From: an uncultured Bdellovibrionales bacterium
GTDB taxonomy: Bacteria > Patescibacteriota > Minisyncoccia > Moranbacterales > UBA1568
Direction: 5' to 3'
Assembly (NCBI GenBank): GCA_964594215.1
Contig: CAZQLN010000005.1
Span: 2,475 to 66,474 of the forward strand
DNA: 64,000 bases
Under the pieces are notes generated by a model, which saw only the letters and a program-made list of their open reading frames with translations, was not told the origin of the DNA and made no database searches. Positions within the stretch are counted from its first letter, which is position 1. Each line of letters starts with the position of its first letter. The position numbers and the translations under genes are program-made. Shown here one piece after another: positions 19,875-29,139 of this stretch.

Positions 19875-20129
19875 TTAATGCTTCATCATCATAGAGCCGT
19901 CCTCATTCATCATCGCATCTGATGGTTGAGCTGGTACTGTTGCTTCCTCCTTCATCTTCAATTCCATTTCTTCACCTTTGGTGATAGCCTCATCTTTCTG
20001 CATCATCATATCTCCATTGGCTTTTTTATCCATTGCCTTGTCATTCTGACTACTGCGAATAGCAAAGTAAACCCCTCCAAACACCACTAAAGCGAGGACT
20101 ATGAGTAATATTTTTTTATTCATGTTCAT
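19875..20129 (-). CDS. membrane-anchored Met-rich small protein (truncated paralog of the next gene)
   Basis: N-terminus MNMNKKILLIVLALVVFGGVYFAIRSS closely parallels MDMDKKIMIGILALVVILGGVYVATRSS of the adjacent gene. Met-rich tail (GDMMMQKDEA...MMNEDGSMMM). Shared 3' flank motif indicates tandem duplication. Confidence 0.5.
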   Translation of the reverse strand: MNMNKKILLIVLALVVFGGVYFAIRSSQNDKAMDKKANGDMMMQKDEAITKGEEMELKMKEEATVPAQPSDAMMNEDGSMMMKH

Positions 20130-20257
20130 TCACCTCCTTTCCTAGATTTATTTTTTATAACATTTCTCAGTATCAATAAAAATTTCTTCTCAAACATACC
20201 TCAACTATCCCTCCGGAAGAACGGGTTCGCGACCCCACTCTTCACAGAGAATACCCT

Positions 20258-20800
20258 CTACTTGATATTTGAGAGAACTTTCTCCAAGGTATCTCCACCG
20301 ATCCACTTATTGAGACTATTGCCGTCTGCATCTACTTGTACAAACGTGTGTTGAGTAGTCACCCCGTACTTGATCTTTAGATCTTTAGAGGAATCGTAGT
20401 CCACACTCATAATGAGAGTGTTGGCTGGAATATCCGAGAGACTAGCCTTAATATCGGCATCAATGGCCTTACAAGTCGGGCACCAAGAAGCGTTGAAGAA
20501 GAGAACCACTTTGCCCTCTTTAGCAAAAGCGAGCTTAGCTGCATCATAAGCGATGTACTGGCCACCCTTCATAATCATAGCATCATCTTTTGCCATCATT
20601 TTGTCATTCTCCATCATGGCACTATCTTTTTTCATAGCCTCATCCTTTTTCATGGCATCTTCTTTCATCATTTTATCTTCTGCCATTTTCTTATCCATCA
20701 TCATTTTGTCATCCTCACTACTGCGTGTAGCTACATACACACCACCCAGTATCACTACTAGAGCAAGGATTCCAATCATTATTTTTTTATCCATATCCAT
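20258..20800 (-). CDS. membrane-anchored thioredoxin-fold protein with Met-rich low-complexity linker (WCPTC active site)
   Basis: Transmembrane anchor, then about 60 aa of repeated MxxDKxM motifs, then a thioredoxin-like domain VVLFFNASWCPTCKAID. Confidence 0.7.
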   Translation of the reverse strand: MDMDKKIMIGILALVVILGGVYVATRSSEDDKMMMDKKMAEDKMMKEDAMKKDEAMKKDSAMMENDKMMAKDDAMIMKGGQYIAYDAAKLAFAKEGKVVLFFNASWCPTCKAIDADIKASLSDIPANTLIMSVDYDSSKDLKIKYGVTTQHTFVQVDADGNSLNKWIGGDTLEKVLSNIK

Positions 20801-20830
20801 TCACCCCCTTTCTGTATTTATCTCAACTAA

Positions 20831-21199
20831 TTAATAGCGCTTCTTGGCGTATATCATACCGACTACTTTCATCAAAATCATTGCTCCCAGAGCATAGACG
20901 AGGGCATCATTATCTTTGGCATGTCGAAACTCTCCTATCACAATCATTATCATGAGAACACTCGCTCCACCTAGGTATCCTAGACGGGCTGCTATATAAC
21001 GGTGAAGTTCTTCCCGCTCGTCGTGCACACTCTCAGCAAACACAAAACCCATAAACAAGAAAAATAAAAGTGCTGCTACACAAACAATGGTCATCACAAA
21101 CATATCCGGCATAAACCAATCTCCTGGATTAATAAGCAAAAGGAGAGCTAAGACTGTGCCTCCGGCTAAGACTGATTCGAGTGTAAAATTACTTTTCAT
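20831..21199 (-). CDS. small integral membrane protein (3-4 transmembrane helices), likely co-transcribed with the XRE regulator
   Basis: Hydrophobic ORF overlapping the end of the upstream HTH gene by 11 nt. Confidence 0.45.
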   Translation of the reverse strand: MKSNFTLESVLAGGTVLALLLLINPGDWFMPDMFVMTIVCVAALLFFLFMGFVFAESVHDEREELHRYIAARLGYLGGASVLMIMIVIGEFRHAKDNDALVYALGAMILMKVVGMIYAKKRY

Positions 21200-21401
21200 A
21201 ACGTATGGTAAAAATTTTATCTACTTCAACTTTAAAAACTTGAGCAATCTTAAGTGCCAACAAAACAGAAGGAACATAATTCCCCTTCTCAAGAGCAATG
21301 ATAGTTTGTCTAGTGACACCCACCCTATTGGCCAGCTCCTCCTGAGTGAGGCTAGAGTTCTGACGCAACAAACTGACTGTATTTTGAATCGTTTCTGGCA
21401 T
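21189..21401 (-). CDS. XRE-family helix-turn-helix transcriptional regulator
   Basis: [39 protein letters not shown] is a classic Cro/CI-type HTH. Putative TTGACA-N18-TATAGT promoter upstream on the minus strand. Confidence 0.8.
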   Translation of the reverse strand: MPETIQNTVSLLRQNSSLTQEELANRVGVTRQTIIALEKGNYVPSVLLALKIAQVFKVEVDKIFTIRYEK

Positions 21402-21512
21402 ATATTCTTGTAAAGTTTACTTTACAAATTAACTATACATCTCAGTAGTATTCTATGTCAAACTGACTTTACTTTTAGCAAGTAATCTTGCTTCGCCAAA
21501 GCTCTCCCCTTC

Positions 21513-21541
21513 TTGACTTTTTCCTTTTTTAGGAGTATAAT
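21513..21541 (+). promoter_or_regulatory. near-consensus sigma70-like promoter (TTGACT-17nt-TATAAT)
   Basis: TTGACT at 21513-21518, a 17-nt spacer, TATAAT at 21536-21541. It precedes a about 330-nt unit that ends in a terminator. Confidence 0.5.
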
Positions 21542-21702
21542 AGATGTATAGAGATGAAATAACGGGTGCGAACCAGTCCAAATGGTTCCTCCCGTTTTCT
21601 TTATCCTCTACTTTAATCCGCCCCTTCTTCCTAGTAAGTCTCTTTACGGAGGTTTCCCAGGGTGAAGGTAAAAACTAATAAAAGCATATGCAAGAAGTAA
21701 CG

Positions 21703-21855
21703 ATGGAAACATCAACAGCCGCTCATGGCGACTGCCCACAGTGCCAAATGGCACGACTCGAAGAAGCGCAGAGTAATGAAAGTGGTCTTTCATTCCTCCT
21801 CGCCCTCCTTCCGGTCATCACTCTTACCTTCTTTGGTCAGGTCGGCCTCTTGTAA
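21703..21855 (+). CDS. candidate 50-aa CxxC-containing small membrane protein (below the ORF-track size cutoff)
   Basis: ATG...TAA ORF encoding METSTAAHGDCPQCQMARLEEAQSNESGLSFLLALLPVITLTFFGQVGLL: a CPQC motif and one predicted transmembrane helix. It ends 15 nt before a strong terminator. SD is weak. Confidence 0.3.
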   Translation: METSTAAHGDCPQCQMARLEEAQSNESGLSFLLALLPVITLTFFGQVGLL

Positions 21856-21869
21856 AAGCCCCTACCAAA

Positions 21870-21903
21870 AACAAACACCTCGGACTTCCGAGGTGTTTTT
21901 TTA
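21870..21903. terminator. bidirectional intrinsic terminator
   Basis: CACCTCGGA-ct-TCCGAGGTG hairpin flanked by an A-run upstream and a T-run downstream. It serves the + unit and the converging minus-strand GH gene. Confidence 0.7.
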
Positions 21904-21910
21904 TACAAAT

Positions 21911-23197
21911 CTATCTATCCTTCCAAATGCTCTGGAGAAAATGCTCCCATCCGCCACTTTCCTTTGGTACCAAGACAATGTCTAACTCACGCTGATCTTT
22001 GGAGATATCGGTTATTTCTTCGATTTCATATCCCTTCATACTAAATGTTACTCTTGGCGGTGCTGTTGGAGTAAATACCTTAAAAAATCTACCGTCCTTA
22101 CTAGTTCTTACTGATTCCATATCCGTACCAAAATCAACCAGAACATTCTCCAAAGGCATCCCCTGCTCATCAGTCACCGTGCCATACATAACTTCTGGAT
22201 GGTAATACTTGGTAATAGTTTCTACTGCCTGACGAGGTTCTCCCCCACTATTCCATATCTCCGTAGAACCACCTGTGCCCACCCAATAATTAAGCCCCTC
22301 AATCGAGGAGTTTTTCGCTAACAAGCTCAGCAGCTTCTCTATCCAGTCAGCTTGCTCTTTCTGGTTCATATGACCATGAATATCCGGAATAGGTGCTCCA
22401 AACTCACCTAACACGATCTTTCCACCGCTCTGCTCTGCGAGTAGGTTGATATCCTTCACGAGCTGTTCTGGTGTCTTCACATAATGATCTATTGTTACTA
22501 TTCCGCCCAAAGCCTTTGTAGTAGCCTTATCCATAATAAGTTTCGCCACATCTCCGTTCATAGAAAATAGATCTGTCCGTACATTCTTATGTATTTCTCT
22601 AAAGGAAGCTTGCATACCCTCATACTCTGCAATCAAAAACTGTCTGTGTCCAGAAACATCTCCTGTCCGGCGCGGATCTCCCGGTCCACCATTTTCACAT
22701 TCAGGACAAGCAGAAAAAGCGTCTCCGTCCTGGAAAAGCTCCGGATGTTTCATGATGAATTGTCTGGTCTTTTCAATATGTTCCTCCCTGGTAATAGCTG
22801 GATACTCAAACCAACCCTCCCAGCCTGACCAATTTCCCCGAAACCACACCTTGAGGTTATGTTTCCTAGCGGCCTCTACCCACCGCTTCATGATAGGAAG
22901 AAATTCTTCATCATATGGAGTGGCAATGGCTACATGTGTGGCTCCAGTAGCAGCTATTGCTCCTACTTGTTTTTCAATCACTTGATCAAAACGAGTATCA
23001 TTAAGTTTCTCTCGTGAGGGATCGCGAGAGTACTTCATGGTATCAATCGATTCAAAAGAAAAAGAATTGCGTATTGGCGGAGCAAAATAAGTGTGCTTTT
23101 GTGGTTGAATAGCCGCCTGGTTACTAAAAATCCAAGAAATACCTCCAACCAAAAGTAGCATCGCAAGAAATCCCAAAAAAAAGAGTTTGATTTTCAT
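21911..23197 (-). CDS. secreted clan GH-A TIM-barrel glycoside hydrolase (GH5/GH113-like) with C-terminal beta-sandwich domain
   Basis: Signal peptide. LGEFG motif typical of the GH5 nucleophile region. Additional C-terminal domain (VMYGTVTDEQGMPLENVLVDF) is carboxypeptidase-regulatory-like. Confidence 0.45.
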   Translation of the reverse strand: MKIKLFFLGFLAMLLLVGGISWIFSNQAAIQPQKHTYFAPPIRNSFSFESIDTMKYSRDPSREKLNDTRFDQVIEKQVGAIAATGATHVAIATPYDEEFLPIMKRWVEAARKHNLKVWFRGNWSGWEGWFEYPAITREEHIEKTRQFIMKHPELFQDGDAFSACPECENGGPGDPRRTGDVSGHRQFLIAEYEGMQASFREIHKNVRTDLFSMNGDVAKLIMDKATTKALGGIVTIDHYVKTPEQLVKDINLLAEQSGGKIVLGEFGAPIPDIHGHMNQKEQADWIEKLLSLLAKNSSIEGLNYWVGTGGSTEIWNSGGEPRQAVETITKYYHPEVMYGTVTDEQGMPLENVLVDFGTDMESVRTSKDGRFFKVFTPTAPPRVTFSMKGYEIEEITDISKDQRELDIVLVPKESGGWEHFLQSIWKDR

Positions 23198-23216
23198 AGC
23201 TTAAAAGGAAGCTTCC

Positions 23217-24797
23217 TTACCATTGTTTCGGTAGAATCGGTTCTGTAATTAAGTCTGGCAAATACTCTGCCTTAAGTTCATAGATATCAGCGAATGGATA
23301 ATGATCTACAAGTTGATAATACTGAAATCCCGGATTATCTACCATAGCTCTCCAGGTAGAATCATCATTTGAATAGCTTCGAACCACAATCCATCTTGCC
23401 CAACGATCAGGGTTAGCTAAAGCGGCATCATAGTAGGCGCCAGCTCCTTCATGAATAAACTTTTTCATTGGTAAACCAGATGAGAAGATAACTGAGTCAT
23501 GAGAGGCTGCTGAGATAAGAACGAATCCGGGTTTATCTTTAGTATTTTCTCGTAACCAGCCAGATACCTCAGTTACATTTTTCTGACTCGATCCAACGCG
23601 TGCGTCATCGATAGTCACCGCATCCGCTGATGAAAACTGAAAAAAAGTCACAAAAGCCAACAATCCAATAATAGTTACGCCCAAAGGTCTTTTGACACGC
23701 CCCACGAGATATCCAACAAAAATAGCAATGGACGGCAACATCATGATGCCGTAACGTACATTAAACCAAGTATCTCCTGAAATACCCTGAATATAGAGCA
23801 CTGAGTGACCTAAGTAGAGTGCCAATATATTGAATAGGAAAGGCGCTATAAGAGCGCTACTGGCTATGCGAGCAGGAACGGAAATTTTTTTATCTAACCA
23901 AAGGAAAATGGCTGCCACAAAGCCAAGGAACATGGTGAAAGCTCCTGTATTATAGGCCATTGCATACATATAGACTTTAAGTGAGAAGAGCCAGTTCCCC
24001 TTACTTGGGAGCACTCCAGCTGCATTAAGTTGATCTTGTTGAGCATGGGCTGAGTATGGACCAAAGGCAAAGTATAGTGGATCCTTGAAAATAAGAAGGT
24101 TCCATAGAAGCCATAACACTACTCCTAGTCCAGCCAAAGTACAGAAAAAAATAAATATCCCTTCTGCTCGATGATACCCATATTTCTTAAAAGTATAGAG
24201 AGTAATAATGCTGGCCGCAAAGAAAAGCATAAACCAAGCATCATAGCGTACCAGCGTGGCTAGCATGATAAAAAAGGCTGAATAAATAAGATACAGAGAG
24301 TTTTCAGTCTTAAACCACCTCAAAAGATAATAAGCACCGACTGTCATAGTGCCAAGAAGTGTTAATTCTGTCATAGCTGTTGACTGTAAGTACAGCGTAT
24401 TTATATTCGCTACGAATATTGCTACTCCCACGAAACGACCGAGAAGCCCTATCCCTAATTCTTTCAGAAAAAGAGCAATAACAACTCCCGTCGCCACAAA
24501 GCTGATCATAGACCACAAGGCTCCAGCAAGGCCTGAATGCCACATAAAGTCATTCCAGATAGTCACTCCCATCAGTAAATGAGTGAGTGGCAGCCATACA
24601 GAACCGAGCTGCGCTGCTCCAGGGTTAAGATTTTCCACTACACGACGACCGATATCAAGATGTGATCGAGCATCATTATAGGCTAAACCTAAACCGTTTT
24701 GATAAAAATAGATGAAGGTGCCTATAGAAATTAAAGACAATGAAAAACTTATGATCCAAGAACTGTATTCTTCTATTGTTAGAATGATATTTTTCAT
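23217..24797 (-). CDS. GT-C superfamily membrane glycosyltransferase (PMT/ArnT-like, family 39/83-like)
   Basis: 526 aa, at least 10 transmembrane helices. First extracytoplasmic loop carries the acidic motif (YNDARSHLD). Large C-terminal soluble domain. Part of the glycan cluster. Confidence 0.55.
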   Translation of the reverse strand: MKNIILTIEEYSSWIISFSLSLISIGTFIYFYQNGLGLAYNDARSHLDIGRRVVENLNPGAAQLGSVWLPLTHLLMGVTIWNDFMWHSGLAGALWSMISFVATGVVIALFLKELGIGLLGRFVGVAIFVANINTLYLQSTAMTELTLLGTMTVGAYYLLRWFKTENSLYLIYSAFFIMLATLVRYDAWFMLFFAASIITLYTFKKYGYHRAEGIFIFFCTLAGLGVVLWLLWNLLIFKDPLYFAFGPYSAHAQQDQLNAAGVLPSKGNWLFSLKVYMYAMAYNTGAFTMFLGFVAAIFLWLDKKISVPARIASSALIAPFLFNILALYLGHSVLYIQGISGDTWFNVRYGIMMLPSIAIFVGYLVGRVKRPLGVTIIGLLAFVTFFQFSSADAVTIDDARVGSSQKNVTEVSGWLRENTKDKPGFVLISAASHDSVIFSSGLPMKKFIHEGAGAYYDAALANPDRWARWIVVRSYSNDDSTWRAMVDNPGFQYYQLVDHYPFADIYELKAEYLPDLITEPILPKQW

Positions 24798-24801
24798 ACG
24801 A

Positions 24802-26382
24802 CTAGACCTTATTATTGAAAAAGATCTCTCTAGCAGAAACCAGCCAAATTCCTAATACGAGAATCATGATAAGGGAGAATAAAACCTTATGGTATTCTTG
24901 AGCTGTCATATAATTCTTAGCCCAATTCTGGTACACAAAAGCCTTGGATCCCACACTTTCGTATTTTCCTTGAAGAAACTCCCAGTTACGCAAAAACGTA
25001 TACTTTTCTTCATGACCTGATTGCTCTTCAAGCGCTAATACCTGAACCTTTGGAGGATTGAGACTAGTGGTGACCGCTCCTAAACTATTAACCCAAGCAG
25101 AATAAGCAAAAAGTGGAAGGAGGGCGATGATTAACCACTTTCTCCACTCCCAGTAAGTAAGAGCCATGGCTATAGCTATTCCTAATAAAGCATAGCTTGG
25201 TATAAGATAACGCGACCCAAAAGCCCATCCGCCCCAAGGATCTCCCCACATAGAGTACAAGAGTGTATTTGTCCCAATAATCGCCACAAAAAGAGATGCA
25301 ACCCAAACGCTACGACGATACAGGACAAAAAGACCCAGAATACCAAAAAGGATTATTGGTGTGAAATAAAGAATCCCACGATCAGGACTAATAAAATGAA
25401 TAAAGAAGCCATTATATAGATTGCGTGTCTTAAAAAATCCTGTCGCTGTCTTTTGAGGCTTATCTTGGGATTGGGTACCTATTTGATCATACTTACTATC
25501 TACTATCGCCTCACCATGCTCACCTATATCATCCACTGCTTGTAAGGTTCCGGGTAATTGAAAAGGACTTCCATTGGCCATATTGTTATACCAACCCAAG
25601 AAAAGTATTGGCGGTATAACAACAGCTATCGTCAAAACAGTAAACACTAAACTTTTTAGAACTCGCTTCTGTTCATAACCTTCTATCAGTCTTTCTTTTA
25701 GGCTGAAGAGGGAAAAGATACCTACTGGAAGCATCAAGAAGATATTCGGATTATCTACAACTATCGAGATAGCACAAGAAAACCATACGATAGCCAAAGC
25801 AAAAAAACTTCTTTGGAAGCGCATCATCGCCCAAACAGAGATTAGTAAAAAGAACACTGTCATATGATGCTGATAAAGTTCTGATGCGTAGACAAAAGCC
25901 GGAGTTGCAAAAGAAAATGTCAAAGCACCTAGCAATGCCGCGCTTCTAGATGACTTAAGCTGCATTGAAATGGTATAGATGAGAACCAGATTTAAGATCG
26001 CAAAAAAGGCACTCGTAGCAAAAGCTCCTACTATAGAAACTCCAAACTCCTTCCCTATTAAATAGCCTGGTATAGCTAAAAATGATGGTCCTGGAGAAAA
26101 AAGTGAGACATACTTACCAGAAGAATTAACAGCTAAATCAGGAATCGCCAATCGAGCCACATCGAGGGAGAACTGCAATGAATGATCCTCAACAAAAGAG
26201 TAAAGGAGAGCTATCCTACCTCGCTCTGGTGATAATTCAAGTGGCCCATCCCAAGTCCAGTGCTTAGACTGAAGCGTTTTACTATCTGGATTTCCGTTTA
26301 TCCCTCGGATTGCCAAAGAGAAGATCACCACTATCAAAAATATCGATAGAACAATTAGTATTTTTTCTAATAATGACTTCAT
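24802..26382 (-). CDS. GT-C superfamily membrane glycosyltransferase (second tandem copy)
   Basis: 526 aa polytopic membrane protein with the same overall architecture as the adjacent gene. Confidence 0.55.
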   Translation of the reverse strand: MKSLLEKILIVLSIFLIVVIFSLAIRGINGNPDSKTLQSKHWTWDGPLELSPERGRIALLYSFVEDHSLQFSLDVARLAIPDLAVNSSGKYVSLFSPGPSFLAIPGYLIGKEFGVSIVGAFATSAFFAILNLVLIYTISMQLKSSRSAALLGALTFSFATPAFVYASELYQHHMTVFFLLISVWAMMRFQRSFFALAIVWFSCAISIVVDNPNIFLMLPVGIFSLFSLKERLIEGYEQKRVLKSLVFTVLTIAVVIPPILFLGWYNNMANGSPFQLPGTLQAVDDIGEHGEAIVDSKYDQIGTQSQDKPQKTATGFFKTRNLYNGFFIHFISPDRGILYFTPIILFGILGLFVLYRRSVWVASLFVAIIGTNTLLYSMWGDPWGGWAFGSRYLIPSYALLGIAIAMALTYWEWRKWLIIALLPLFAYSAWVNSLGAVTTSLNPPKVQVLALEEQSGHEEKYTFLRNWEFLQGKYESVGSKAFVYQNWAKNYMTAQEYHKVLFSLIMILVLGIWLVSAREIFFNNKV

Positions 26383-26393
26383 ATATTTAATTC

Positions 26394-27416
26394 TTAATCT
26401 TTTAAGGATGCGCTCGATAATGATTTAACAGTATCACTAAAAGTAGCCATGTACCTCTTAATATTTGAATATGAACCTGTTCCCCTTTTTGATAAAGTCA
26501 GTTCCTGAAGAATATAGTAAGAGGAGAATGCCAAAAACTTTTTTTTCTTCTTATACGAATTAAGTTCTCTATCTAAAAGAAGTTTTAAGAAGTCATTCCC
26601 AATATTTTCTTGATAAGAAACGGCTGCCATAGCCAACTCCATACCATCCTCTGCAAAAACGCAAATTTCTGGATCAATAATAACAACTTCATTTCCTGTG
26701 AAAATAGCATTCTGCAAATGAAAATCTCTATGTGTAAGTATATAGTGAGGGAGAAAAAGTGCTCTATAAGGAAAATTTCCAAAAAAAGTTAACATGGTGA
26801 CGGTAAGACTTTTCCAAAGATTAGTCTCTTTTAAGAGAGCTAGCGAAAAATAAACTGGGAGAGAGGCTATCATAAGCCAGTTAGACCTTGAAGCAATGCT
26901 CTCTTTGTTTTTCTTGGTAAGACTATTTTTTGCAATGGAGAGAAAAGTGAAACAGTTTTTTAGATGATCTAATCTTTCAGCTTCAGAAATTTTATCTAGT
27001 GTACTACCAGATACAAACTCCCTAATCAAATAGACATCTCCATCCTCCTCGTGGAAATCCACAAATTTACAAAAGCGTACCCCATGAGATGCGTTTCCTA
27101 CTACTCTATTCGAGAATAAATGGATTATATTAGCCTCGTTTTTCAGTTGTGCATAAAGTATATTTTTTCGTTTATATTGAAAACGCTTAATGACGACCCT
27201 TTCTGTAGATGCATCTTGATATATTGATACCGTCTTCAGGTAGTCCTTACCTTCCACTCGAGAAAGAATCTTAACAAAAGTATACCCCTGTATATCCGCC
27301 CCCTCATTGAAGTAATTTTCTCCTGAATTCGAAGAAAAGTAACCACCAAATAATGACCAGTATACCTGCCAAAACTTAAAACTATTTTTCCCAAGAGGAT
27401 TAAGAGTATTTCTCAT
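26394..27416 (-). CDS. kinase-fold phosphotransferase (APH/choline-kinase family)
   Basis: HRDFHLQNAIF (Brenner motif) and VVIIDPE (DxE) typical of aminoglycoside/choline/sugar kinase-like phosphotransferases. Confidence 0.5.
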   Translation of the reverse strand: MRNTLNPLGKNSFKFWQVYWSLFGGYFSSNSGENYFNEGADIQGYTFVKILSRVEGKDYLKTVSIYQDASTERVVIKRFQYKRKNILYAQLKNEANIIHLFSNRVVGNASHGVRFCKFVDFHEEDGDVYLIREFVSGSTLDKISEAERLDHLKNCFTFLSIAKNSLTKKNKESIASRSNWLMIASLPVYFSLALLKETNLWKSLTVTMLTFFGNFPYRALFLPHYILTHRDFHLQNAIFTGNEVVIIDPEICVFAEDGMELAMAAVSYQENIGNDFLKLLLDRELNSYKKKKKFLAFSSYYILQELTLSKRGTGSYSNIKRYMATFSDTVKSLSSASLKD

Positions 27417-28204
27417 ACTAATAGTTCTTTTACTGCTTTTCTGAAAAAAATATTAGCTGGCGAAGCAAGTCGTTGAAACTCACTAAAAACATGTGTCCTA
27501 TCCACCCCAATTCTTGGTATAGCAAGAGCCTTTGTAGATTGATCTACACGCCCATCATCCATGGAAAAGGCAAGCTGATAACCAGATCTTTCTACCATTT
27601 TTAGAACCTCTTGGTTATAACGTCCTCGAGGGTAGGCAAAATACTTGATAGCAAAACCAAGGTCTTTTTCGAGATCTTTACGCGAAAGAATGATTTCTGT
27701 GTACAATTGTTGGTTGGATAGATGCCAAAAATCACTATGAGTAGCGCTGTGACTTCCAATAGCCCAACCCTCTTTATGAAGATCCTGAATATCCTCCTTC
27801 ATGAGAAACTCTCTCCTTGTTCCTAATTCATCAATATTAGCTTTCTCTGGAGAAGAAAGAACAAAAAGTAGTGGTTTGATATTATGTGAGGCCAGATATT
27901 CTCTCACAGAAAGAATATCCTTATACCCATCATCAAAACAAATAATAAATGATGGCTTATCTATAAGCTTTTCCCCAGAAATATGTCTCGTCAGATCATC
28001 TACTGTGACTGCCTGACGGGTACTTAAAAGGTAGTCTACTTGTCGAATAAAACTCTGTTTATCTATACCAAATCTCCAATCATCTGCTGCAATACTGTGA
28101 TAGCAAAAAATAACCACTGGAAATGCCTCACTTCCAAAGACTCTGTCGAATACATATAGAGAACTATAGATACATCTTCGTATGAAAAGGGTGAGTGTGT
28201 TCAT
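27413..28204 (-). CDS. polysaccharide deacetylase (CE4, NodB homology domain)
   Basis: CE4 motifs: FDDGY (metal/Asp), GSHSATH (His motif), and AYPRGRYN. Confidence 0.8.
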   Translation of the reverse strand: MNTLTLFIRRCIYSSLYVFDRVFGSEAFPVVIFCYHSIAADDWRFGIDKQSFIRQVDYLLSTRQAVTVDDLTRHISGEKLIDKPSFIICFDDGYKDILSVREYLASHNIKPLLFVLSSPEKANIDELGTRREFLMKEDIQDLHKEGWAIGSHSATHSDFWHLSNQQLYTEIILSRKDLEKDLGFAIKYFAYPRGRYNQEVLKMVERSGYQLAFSMDDGRVDQSTKALAIPRIGVDRTHVFSEFQRLASPANIFFRKAVKELLV

Positions 28205-28210
28205 ATAGAT

Positions 28211-29134
28211 TTATCGTAGTTTTTTAGAGCTTGTGGCTATCTCCCAGGTTTCTGAGACCACTCCACCAAAAAATGACTGTACTCGCAGAAACATCACCAA
28301 ACAAAGGTACGTCGCCGTTGCTATGGGTTTCCATAATATGAGTGGAGTGGCTTTTAAAAAAGCTATGAAATAGACGGTATATGGAATCCTCATAGTTTGA
28401 TAGACTAGCCCTTCACCAAAAATGTCTCCAAAATTATCCCTGCCCTTGAAAAAGCGAGTGCTCTGACTCTTATGGTCATTGAAGCTGTTGGGCAGACGAT
28501 AGTATATTTCTGTATCTTGGATATAGTTATATTTATAGCCATGAAACACGCAGTAAAGATACGAGTAAGCATCCTCACCGACACTCTTCTTAAAAGTCAT
28601 TTCTTTATAGAGCTTTTTACTAAAGGCACGCGCTGAACCGTGGCAAGTATAAGCATTGTTACCATTGTTGTAGGTTTCAAAGAGTATGCTTTTAAGCTCT
28701 ACACTCGTAACCAAAATGCTCTCGAAAAAGTTCCTAGCTGGCAACGGCTTATGTTTCACAGATACTAGATCAGCCTCCTTATTCATAAGTGGCTTGATAA
28801 GTTTTTGAATAAAATCCTTATCCCTTATTTGAATATCAGCGTTCAAAAAAACCAGAGCCTCGCTTAAAGCCTTAGCCATTATCGTATTCTGCCCATGAGA
28901 AGCTCCCATTCTTTCTCGTCCAATAATCAACTCTATTCTTCCATCCAATACATCACGAACAACCCCCTCGGTAGTATCAGTACTACCATCCGAATACACA
29001 TAGATCTTTTCTAGTCTATATCCTTCTTCCTTTTGAGTGAGTAAATCATTCAGGAGATAGCCTATATTAGCTTCCTCGTTATACGCAGGAATACCTATAC
29101 TGACTGTAAATTTTGCTTGGTTACTATTTTGCAT
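28211..29134 (-). CDS. family 2 glycosyltransferase
   Basis: VSIGIPAYNEEANI ... YVYSDGSTDTT, a GT-A fold with DxD-type motifs. Confidence 0.8.
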   Translation of the reverse strand: MQNSNQAKFTVSIGIPAYNEEANIGYLLNDLLTQKEEGYRLEKIYVYSDGSTDTTEGVVRDVLDGRIELIIGRERMGASHGQNTIMAKALSEALVFLNADIQIRDKDFIQKLIKPLMNKEADLVSVKHKPLPARNFFESILVTSVELKSILFETYNNGNNAYTCHGSARAFSKKLYKEMTFKKSVGEDAYSYLYCVFHGYKYNYIQDTEIYYRLPNSFNDHKSQSTRFFKGRDNFGDIFGEGLVYQTMRIPYTVYFIAFLKATPLILWKPIATATYLCLVMFLRVQSFFGGVVSETWEIATSSKKLR

Positions 29135-29139
29135 ACAAT

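Noticed and set aside
20190-20260. tRNA-like GGGTTCGCGACCCC segment
   Set aside because: There is no D-arm, anticodon arm or acceptor pairing. The sequence is part of a duplicated 3' flank motif shared with 19800-19870.
21403-21910. Possible RNase P RNA, tmRNA, SRP RNA or tRNA in the promoter-terminator unit
   Set aside because: None of the universally conserved motifs (GGAAAGUCCGG / ACAGNRAA for RNase P, tRNA-like end with CCA for tmRNA, GTTCGA T-loop) are present.
21725-21985. 86-aa plus ORF in the intergenic unit
   Set aside because: It reads straight through the strong bidirectional terminator hairpin and into the convergent gene. The in-frame 50-aa ORF ending before the terminator is more plausible.
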